Source of the DNA: Candidatus Woesearchaeota archaeon
GTDB taxonomy: Archaea; Nanobdellota; Nanobdellia; UBA10117; ARS21
Reading direction: 5' to 3'
NCBI GenBank assembly: GCA_038128845.1
Contig: JAYPKL010000002.1
Coordinates: forward strand, 5,604 to 69,603
Length of the DNA stretch: 64,000 bases
The position numbers were made by a program, and so were the translations under genes. Positions within the stretch are counted from its first letter, which is position 1, and the number at the start of each line of letters is the position of its first letter. Positions 57,091 to 64,000 of the stretch are shown here, one piece after another. Below the pieces are notes generated by a model, which had not been told where the DNA came from, did not search any database, and was given only the letters and a program-made list of their open reading frames with translations.

Positions 57091-59061
57091 TTATTTTCTC
57101 TTTTTTGACGCTTTATTGTTTGACTTTTGAACCATTTTGTATTCTCTTATTCCAATGTAAGCCATTGCTATAATTAACAATGCTAATACTGGGTTTGATT
57201 CGCTTTGTCTATTTGAAGATCCGCCAAATAGAGATCTTATACCTGTTTGAGGTAAGTTCATTTCTAAATTTTTAGATAATACTGTTTTTCCATTTTGATT
57301 TATATCTAAAGTCAATGAATTTGATTCTTGTGCATTTTCACCAGGCATTACAAATACGTCGAATGATGTTGTTGCACCAGGTTGTAATGTAACTGAAGTT
57401 GGATTTACTATTGCAGTACCCCAGTTAAATTCATCAACTGCTAAATCATATTTAACAGCAATATCTTTTCTGTTTGTTAACGAAAGAGTATATTTTGTTT
57501 GTGATCCAGATTTACCTTCTTCGGAAGTTTTACCTGTAATCATAATGTCCGAATTATCGGATCTGTCATTTCCGCAATCTAAATTAAATGTCTCACTTAA
57601 TTCTGATCCGTCTTTGTTTGAATTTGAATTTCCATCATGTTTAGAAGTAAGGACAATTGAATAAAGTCCATCTGCAGTATTTTGAGGTAATTCTAATTCT
57701 ATTTCTAATTTTTCTGTATCTTCTGAATCAATTGAATCATTAAAGTAATGCCATTCAGATATATCTAATTCCGAAATCTTTACTCTAACATATATATCGT
57801 CGTCTTCATCCAAATCTGATGTACCAATGTTAGTTAAATCAACAACTAAAGTCGGATTTGAAGTACATGAATCTAATAATTTAAATCCAGTTGGAATTAC
57901 ATGTCTAGAATCTCTATCTACATTAAATGTTTCATAATGTCTATTGGATATTTCGTCACCATCATTCGGATCATCTGAAGATATTTCACCTGTAACAATA
58001 ACTTCAACAATATAATCGCCAGATTCTGCATCGTATGGTACTTGGAATTCGATATCAAAATTATCTGTATCTTTATCTTCTTCTAAATCGAAACTTTCAG
58101 AATATTCTTCTTCAATTATATCATCTCCATCAGATACTCGGTAAACATTATATTCAACAGTTATATCTTCGATACTTTCATCTTTATCTGAATATTTATT
58201 GTCTATATTTATATCTGAAATTCGGATATAATCTCCCGGATATGTATCTTTATCATCATTTGTTATATCTTCTAATTCAAAGTTTAATTCCAATTCATCA
58301 TTATGCGATTCAGGTAAAACAAATAATTCTAAAGTTCCGGTAGATTTATTTATTCCATTTGCAGAATATGTTAAAATTCCATTATACTTTCCAAATTCTG
58401 TTGAAGCGTTAGTTGAATAATTAATAGATATATTATTTTCAGAACCTGCATTAATTGTAAATGTAGTCTCATTCGCCAATCCTGTTAAATTTAATTCATT
58501 ATTTTTATTTAAAATTAATTCTGTATCCAATATTGTTACATTATAATTTAAATTACCAGTATTATTGAATTTTAAAATTGCATTTTCGCTTGTACTTGGT
58601 TTTTTTATTTCTAATGTATTATCAAAAAAATTAGTATTTAATGTATCATCAGTATCTACAGTGATTGATAATAAGTGAATATACTCGTCTGCACCATTAG
58701 ATTGATTTTCATAAGTTAAAGTATAATTATATTCTCCTGGGGCAGTATGTTCAGAAATATTAAAAATATATGTTAAATTTTTTTCGTTATTTGTAGAATT
58801 TAATTCAAAATCATAATCGTTTAAAGTTAAAAAATTTGCATTTGTTGGATAACTAATATCAACTGGATCAAATTCTATACTACCAGAAGTAGCATTAAAT
58901 GTAGCATTAAATGTAAAATTATATTCTTTTCCGTGATTTAAAATTGTGGAATTTGGATCTGTTCCTGATAAAGAAAAATTATTTTGAACGGATGCGCCCA
59001 AAACAGCAGTTATACTTAGTAATACTAAAAAGGTTAAAATTGAATTTTTTATTATTTTCAT
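57091..59061 (-). CDS. Sequon-rich secreted surface (S-layer-like) glycoprotein candidate with C-terminal TM anchor
   Basis: 656 aa. Signal peptide, very dense N-x-S/T sequons (NFS, NST, NFT, NAT, NAT, NLT, NIS, NYT, NQS ...), acidic D/E-rich middle, C-terminal TM plus KKRK tail. Confidence 0.5.
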   Translation of the reverse strand: MKIIKNSILTFLVLLSITAVLGASVQNNFSLSGTDPNSTILNHGKEYNFTFNATFNATSGSIEFDPVDISYPTNANFLTLNDYDFELNSTNNEKNLTYIFNISEHTAPGEYNYTLTYENQSNGADEYIHLLSITVDTDDTLNTNFFDNTLEIKKPSTSENAILKFNNTGNLNYNVTILDTELILNKNNELNLTGLANETTFTINAGSENNISINYSTNASTEFGKYNGILTYSANGINKSTGTLELFVLPESHNDELELNFELEDITNDDKDTYPGDYIRISDINIDNKYSDKDESIEDITVEYNVYRVSDGDDIIEEEYSESFDLEEDKDTDNFDIEFQVPYDAESGDYIVEVIVTGEISSDDPNDGDEISNRHYETFNVDRDSRHVIPTGFKLLDSCTSNPTLVVDLTNIGTSDLDEDDDIYVRVKISELDISEWHYFNDSIDSEDTEKLEIELELPQNTADGLYSIVLTSKHDGNSNSNKDGSELSETFNLDCGNDRSDNSDIMITGKTSEEGKSGSQTKYTLSLTNRKDIAVKYDLAVDEFNWGTAIVNPTSVTLQPGATTSFDVFVMPGENAQESNSLTLDINQNGKTVLSKNLEMNLPQTGIRSLFGGSSNRQSESNPVLALLIIAMAYIGIREYKMVQKSNNKASKKRK

Positions 59062-59133
59062 ATCTAGAGTTCCTCTAATTTTTTACCTCTGTCGAGTAAC
59101 ACTTAAAAAGAGTTTGAAAATTCAATTCGATAA

Positions 59134-59144
59134 TTTTATAAATA
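59134..59144 (+). promoter_or_regulatory. TATA-box-like element upstream of tRNA-Arg
   Basis: ttttataaata ends about 25 nt upstream of the tRNA 5' end, the archaeal TATA spacing. Confidence 0.3.
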
Positions 59145-59168
59145 AAATCTAAATGAACTAATCATTAC

Positions 59169-59243
59169 GGGTCCGTAGCTCAGTCTGGATAGAGCGACAG
59201 CCTTCTAAGCTGTAGGTCGCGGGTTCGAATCCTGTCGGACCCG
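59169..59243 (+). tRNA. tRNA-Arg (anticodon TCT)
   Basis: Cloverleaf: acceptor stem GGGTCCG/CGGACCC, D arm GCTC-AGTCTGGAT-AGAGC, anticodon stem ACAGC/GCTGT with loop CTTCTAA, T arm GCGGG-TTCGAAT-CCTGT. No encoded CCA. Confidence 0.85.
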
Positions 59244-59284
59244 TATTTTACTAAGAGTTAAAAACTTTAATTAATTATTTTTTT

Positions 59285-61714
59285 ATGAATAAATTTACAA
59301 AAATAGAAAAAAAGTGGCAAAAAATTTGGTCTGATGAAAAATGTTTTGAAAGCAAAAAAAATAAAAAACCAAAATTTTACAATTTAGAAATGTTTCCTTA
59401 TCCTTCGGGTACGGGATTACATACAGGTCATGCAAGAAATTTTACAATTGGAGATTCATTATCAAGATATAAAAGATTGAAGGGTTTTAATGTTCTTTAT
59501 CCGATGGGTTGGGATTCTTTTGGATTGCCTTCAGAAAATGAAGCAATAAAGCGTGGTGTTCATCCAACAAAAAGTATTGCTCAAAATATTAAAACATTCA
59601 AAAAACAGATGAGTGCATTAGGTTTAAGTTATGATTGGAATAGAGAAGTTACAACACATCATCCAGATTATTATAAATGGAATCAATGGTTATTTTTACA
59701 ATTATACAAAAATGGACTTGCTTATCAAAAAGAAAGTTTAGGTAATTGGTGTCCAAGTTGTAAAACAACACTGGCAAATGAAGATGTAAAAGATGGTGAA
59801 TGTTGGAGATGTGATTCGGAAGTTGAGCAAAAACAAATTAAACAATGGTTTTTCAAAATAACTGAATTCTCGGAAGATCTTCTAAAGGGTTTAGATAAAA
59901 TAAATTGGTCGAATCATCTTAAGACTTTACAAAAAAATTGGATTGGAAAAAGCGAAGGAGTAGAAATAAATTTTAAATTAGAAAATAATGAAAAATTAAA
60001 TGTATATACTACTCGTCCAGATACCATTTATGGTGCAACATTTTTAGTTTTGGCTCCAGAACATGAATTAGTTAAAAATCTAATTAAAAAGAATAAACTT
60101 GAAGAATATAAAAAATTCAAAAATAAAGTATCTAAACAAAACGAAAGAGACAGAATATCTAAAGAAAAAATTGGAATGTTTACGGGAAGTTATGCAATTA
60201 ATCCCATAACTAATGAAAAAATACCTATTTACTTAGCAAATTTTGTACTATTAGGTTATGGTACGGGTGCAATAATGTCCGTTCCAGGACATGATAAAAG
60301 AGATTTTGAATTTGCAAAAAAGTATAATTTGAAAGTAAAATATGTTATTGATGGAGAAAATAATGCCGGTGTAATTAATGGTGACGGTACAATAATTAAT
60401 TCGGATAAATATAACGGATTATCATCAATTGAATTTAAAAAACAAATAACTGATTTTATTTTGAAAAATAAACTAGGAAAAATAAGAAAAAACTACCGGA
60501 TTCGTGATTGGAATGTTTCTAGACAGAGGTATTGGGGTACTCCCATTCCTATAATTCATTGTGATGATTGTGGTATTGTCGAAGTTCCGGAAAAAGATTT
60601 ACCTGTTGAATTACCAAAAAAAGTTGATTATAATAAACCTGCAAGATCGCCGCTAGACACTAATTTAAATTTTGTAAACGTAAAATGTCCAATTTGTAAA
60701 TCTAAAGCAAAAAGAGAAACTGATACAATGACCACTTTTGTTGATTCTGCATGGTACTTCTTGAGATACACAGATCCAAAAAATAATTCTAAAATATTTG
60801 ATAAAAATAAAACAAACTATTGGATGCCAGTTGATCAATATATCGGAGGAATAGAACATGCAGTCGGACATTTATTATATTCAAGGTTTATAACAAAATT
60901 TTTGAAAAAAATTGGATATCTTAATTTTGATGAGCCTTTTACTAATTTATTAAATCAGGGAATGGTTCTTAAGGACGGTTCAAAAATGTCTAAATCTAAA
61001 GGCAATGTTGTTGATCCTCTTGAAATGATTTCAAAATACGGTTCAGATTCTCTGAGAACATATTTGTTGTTTATTGCGGCACCAGAATCTCCATTTGAGT
61101 GGTCAGATAAAGATATACAAGGAGTAAATAAATTTTTATTAAAAATATTAAATATACCAAAATTAAAACTTAATAAAAACATGAATGAATTTATGAATTC
61201 TTTAACCTCAAAAAAAATAGATGAAATCGAAAAACATTATGATAATAAAGAATTTAATCGAGTAATAATATCGCTTATGGATTTTTTTAATTTTATTGAA
61301 AAATATCCTTCAAAATATTCAATCAATTCATTTTTATCGATGTTATATCCTATTGCACCGCACATTTCTGAAGAAATTAATGAAAAATTAGGAAATAAAA
61401 AAATAATTGGAAAAAGTAATTGGCCTAAAATTAAATATAAATTTAATAAATCGGATTATGAAAAAGGAATGCAAGTTGAAAAATTAGTTTCAGACATTAA
61501 TAATATTGAAAAATTAGTTGATAAAAAAATAAAAAAAGTTTATCTCTACGTAATTCCGCCTGAACTTAAACAATACTCTGATTTAAAAAATATTTTAGAA
61601 AATAGGTTGAATAAAAATTTCATAATTGAGTCTATTTCTTCAAAAGATCTATATGATCCTGAGAATAAATCAAAAAGAGCTAAATTTGGAAAACCTGCAA
61701 TTTATGTTGAATAA
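59285..61714 (+). CDS. leuS: Leucyl-tRNA synthetase (bacterial-type architecture)
   Basis: HTGHARNF (HIGH), RDWNVSRQRYWGTPIP (bacterial-type LeuRS motif), KMSKSKGN. 809 aa. Confidence 0.9.
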   Translation: MNKFTKIEKKWQKIWSDEKCFESKKNKKPKFYNLEMFPYPSGTGLHTGHARNFTIGDSLSRYKRLKGFNVLYPMGWDSFGLPSENEAIKRGVHPTKSIAQNIKTFKKQMSALGLSYDWNREVTTHHPDYYKWNQWLFLQLYKNGLAYQKESLGNWCPSCKTTLANEDVKDGECWRCDSEVEQKQIKQWFFKITEFSEDLLKGLDKINWSNHLKTLQKNWIGKSEGVEINFKLENNEKLNVYTTRPDTIYGATFLVLAPEHELVKNLIKKNKLEEYKKFKNKVSKQNERDRISKEKIGMFTGSYAINPITNEKIPIYLANFVLLGYGTGAIMSVPGHDKRDFEFAKKYNLKVKYVIDGENNAGVINGDGTIINSDKYNGLSSIEFKKQITDFILKNKLGKIRKNYRIRDWNVSRQRYWGTPIPIIHCDDCGIVEVPEKDLPVELPKKVDYNKPARSPLDTNLNFVNVKCPICKSKAKRETDTMTTFVDSAWYFLRYTDPKNNSKIFDKNKTNYWMPVDQYIGGIEHAVGHLLYSRFITKFLKKIGYLNFDEPFTNLLNQGMVLKDGSKMSKSKGNVVDPLEMISKYGSDSLRTYLLFIAAPESPFEWSDKDIQGVNKFLLKILNIPKLKLNKNMNEFMNSLTSKKIDEIEKHYDNKEFNRVIISLMDFFNFIEKYPSKYSINSFLSMLYPIAPHISEEINEKLGNKKIIGKSNWPKIKYKFNKSDYEKGMQVEKLVSDINNIEKLVDKKIKKVYLYVIPPELKQYSDLKNILENRLNKNFIIESISSKDLYDPENKSKRAKFGKPAIYVE

Positions 61715-61765
61715 CTACTTTATAATTACAACTTATGATTTTATAGTATAATTTGGAAAATATAT

Positions 61766-62683
61766 ATGATAAAATCTTACAAAATATTAAAGTCAGGTCT
61801 CAAAAGAATTGAAACTGGTTCTGCTGACTGGATTCATTTAGATAATGGTAAATTAGTAGATTTTAGTCAAATAAGTAAATACAAAATAAAAAAACCAGAT
61901 TTTAAGGCAGCAATAGATAAATATGAGCGAGCAAGAATTGTTCGTAGAGAAAATTATATTATGATTGTATTAAACTTGCCTTCAGATGAAGCTAATTTGT
62001 CAATGGGAATTTATATCTTCAAAGATAAAATTATTACAATTCACGAAGAAAAATGTAAATTTTTGTCTGAAATAATAAATCATCCCGAAAATATAACTTC
62101 TCTAAACGTATTGCTCGTTAGATTAATTAAGGAAGTTTCAGACCTTTATGTTTCAAAAATAACCCAATTAGAAGATCAAATACTAACTCTTGAGGAGAAG
62201 GTTAATAGATCAACTTCTAGAAGTAATTTAAACAAAATATTCAGATTAAGAAAGGAACTTGTATTTCTGATAAAAGGAATAAGTGGTAATAGAGATGTTA
62301 TATATAATCTACAAAATTCTACAAGAGAAATTGGATTAACTAAACTTCAGTCACTGGAATTATCTGAATTACATACTGAACACATGCAAATTTATGATAC
62401 AATGACAATTTTTAGAGAAATACTGAGTAATAGTTTAGAAATTTATAATTCAAATCTATCTATTGAAATGAATAGAATTATACAGCGATTAACTATTGTT
62501 GGTTCATTTATATTGCTGCCAACTCTAATAGCAAGTATCTATGGTATGAACTTCAGACCAGAATCTTCAATATATAATATGCCGGAATTAACATGGAAAT
62601 ATGGTTATTTCTTTTCTTTGGGATTAATGTTTTTTTCAATTTTGGTAACTTATATGTACCTTAAGAAAAAGAAACTGGTATAA
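61766..62683 (+). CDS. corA: CorA-family Mg2+/Co2+ transporter
   Basis: C-terminal two TM helices with the YGMNF signature. 305 aa. Confidence 0.8.
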   Translation: MIKSYKILKSGLKRIETGSADWIHLDNGKLVDFSQISKYKIKKPDFKAAIDKYERARIVRRENYIMIVLNLPSDEANLSMGIYIFKDKIITIHEEKCKFLSEIINHPENITSLNVLLVRLIKEVSDLYVSKITQLEDQILTLEEKVNRSTSRSNLNKIFRLRKELVFLIKGISGNRDVIYNLQNSTREIGLTKLQSLELSELHTEHMQIYDTMTIFREILSNSLEIYNSNLSIEMNRIIQRLTIVGSFILLPTLIASIYGMNFRPESSIYNMPELTWKYGYFFSLGLMFFSILVTYMYLKKKKLV

Positions 62684-63197
62684 AATCTTCATATTTCTTT
62701 AAATGATTTTTTACTATTGACATTGATCCACCGGTATTTATACCAGTATTTACCTTATACTTATTGAACCTAGGTTCATATATAAACTCATAAATAAAGT
62801 GATGAATATAATCAACAAATTTACCTTTATTTGTAAAAGTATCATTTCTGTCTGTAAGAAGAGACGAGTCAATTGTTACAACAATATTTCCTTGATAAAG
62901 TGTTTTTAATTTACCTTCATTATTTTTTGCAGTTATTTTTTTACATCGTCTTGCTTTGATTTCAACATCAAATTTTGATTGAAAGTAATTGTCAATATTT
63001 TTCGCAAAATGAATTTTTGCATCCATTTTTATTCCCTTAGGTGTTTGAATTTCTAATAAATCTTCGTTTTTAAAAATATGATAACCTTGTTGCTTTGACC
63101 AAAATTTGAAAGATTCAATTAATTCGTTTAAATCAAATTTAGTATCTTTGAAAATAACTTTATTTCCTCTACCGATTTTATTATCTTTTCCTGGCAT
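62661..63197 (-). CDS. Hypothetical protein (178 aa)
   Basis: ORF only. Confidence 0.3.
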   Translation of the reverse strand: MPGKDNKIGRGNKVIFKDTKFDLNELIESFKFWSKQQGYHIFKNEDLLEIQTPKGIKMDAKIHFAKNIDNYFQSKFDVEIKARRCKKITAKNNEGKLKTLYQGNIVVTIDSSLLTDRNDTFTNKGKFVDYIHHFIYEFIYEPRFNKYKVNTGINTGGSMSIVKNHLKKYEDFIPVSFS

Positions 63198-63216
63198 AAT
63201 ATTAGTTTATATAATT

Positions 63217-64000
63217 CTATTTAAATTTTGAGATTAAATCTTTTATCTTGATTTTTTCAGATTTTCCTGTTTTTATATTTTTTAAAGATAAATTATTTGA
63301 TTTAATTTCTTCATCTCCAATTATTAATACATATTCAAAATTATTTTTATTAGCATAATTAATTGAAGATTTTATATTTTTTGACTTCAAATTATATGAT
63401 GTTTTAATTCCGTTTCTTCTTAATTCACGTATGATAGAATTTGCTTCATTATTTAAATCGATTACAAATATTTTTTTATCAAAATCTGGATTTAGTTTTA
63501 TTATTTCGGCAATTCTTGTTATTCCTACTGAAATTCCTACTCCCGTTATATCTTTATTGGAAATTCCTTTTATCAAATTGTTGTATCTTCCACCTCCTCC
63601 GATACTTAAACCTTTTCCGGAATCAATTTCCCAAACATTTCCGGTATAATAATCCAAACCTCTTGCTAAACTTAAATCAAAAACAACATTAATTTCATTA
63701 ATTTTTATTTCATTTAATTTTTTAATTAATGAATCAAATTCCTCAAGATTTATACCTAAATTTAAGTTTTCTAATTTTTTATTTACTGATTTAAAATCTC
63801 CTTTTATTTTTATTATATCAAAAAGTTTTTTTTCTTTTATACCAATTTTTTTTAATTCGGAAATTACTCCGGTATATCCAATTTTATCTAATTTATCAAT
63901 TGATCTAAAAATAGTAACAAATTGTGATTTTTGAATATTTAAATTTTTGAATATTTTTTCCATTATGGCTCTATTGTTTATTCTAAATGTTGGACTTAAA
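63217..64000 (-). CDS. hisS: Histidyl-tRNA synthetase, C-terminal part (gene continues beyond the window)
   Basis: Class II motif 3 region GGGRYNNLI and an anticodon-binding alpha/beta domain. Frame remains open to the window edge. Confidence 0.7.
   Translation of the reverse strand, partial: LSPTFRINNRAIMEKIFKNLNIQKSQFVTIFRSIDKLDKIGYTGVISELKKIGIKEKKLFDIIKIKGDFKSVNKKLENLNLGINLEEFDSLIKKLNEIKINEINVVFDLSLARGLDYYTGNVWEIDSGKGLSIGGGGRYNNLIKGISNKDITGVGISVGITRIAEIIKLNPDFDKKIFVIDLNNEANSIIRELRRNGIKTSYNLKSKNIKSSINYANKNNFEYVLIIGDEEIKSNNLSLKNIKTGKSEKIKIKDLISKFK

Noticed and set aside
58035-58343. Tyr/Leu-rich plus-strand ORF antisense to the 656-aa surface protein gene
   Set aside because: Low-complexity translation (YLYLYLLL). 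Antisense to a long ORF with signal peptide and anchor. Considered an artefact.
59062-59300. Integrated element or integrase next to tRNA-Arg
   Set aside because: No integrase/recombinase ORF and no direct repeat of the tRNA 3' end was found within the window. The tRNA is flanked by housekeeping leuS on one side and the surface-protein array on the other.
1-64000. CRISPR arrays, IS elements, rRNA genes
   Set aside because: No regularly spaced direct repeats and no transposase-like ORFs. Only one tRNA-like GC-rich structured segment was recognised. The only repeats seen are intragenic: the L7Ae 27-bp tandem, the 42-nt duplication in the 740-aa gene and a 12-bp tandem at 55830-55853.

Overview
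This window is strongly AT-rich and reads as archaeal chromosome with a reduced, DPANN-like look; no lineage can be assigned from sequence alone. Archaeal marker genes are present: aRF1 (NIKS and GGQ motifs), aIF5A, aIF2-gamma, L7Ae, S28e, L24e, L40e, L15e, S2, RpoK, proteasome alpha, SBDS, the exosome Rrp4/Rrp41/Rrp42 genes, a tRNA-splicing endonuclease and RNase Z. Most of the window is densely packed information-processing genes. There are six aminoacyl-tRNA synthetases (Val partial, Tyr, Glu, Gly, Leu, His partial), the conserved L7Ae-S28e-L24e cluster, the Pop5-PsmA-SBDS-exosome superoperon, a class II ribonucleotide reductase with an adjacent PduO-type cobalamin adenosyltransferase, and one tRNA-Arg(TCT). 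The accessory content is where the unusual signals sit. (1) A small light-response island: a class II CPD photolyase, an unusually short and divergent microbial rhodopsin-like 7TM protein that keeps the retinal lysine, and a divergently transcribed photolyase/cryptochrome-related protein. (2) A glutamate dehydrogenase gene interrupted by an in-frame TGA at a conserved Arg codon. (3) A GluRS that ends without an anticodon-binding domain. (4) A Cas4-like PD-(D/E)xK nuclease fused to a DnaQ-like exonuclease domain. (5) Three tandem cell-surface (S-layer-like, sequon-rich) proteins next to the tRNA. (6) An Fe-S micro-cluster: a CC-peptide, a 3-Cys ferredoxin and a DUF1858-IscA fusion. No CRISPR array, transposase, integrase or rRNA was found. 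TGA, TAA and TAG all act as stop codons in well-supported genes.
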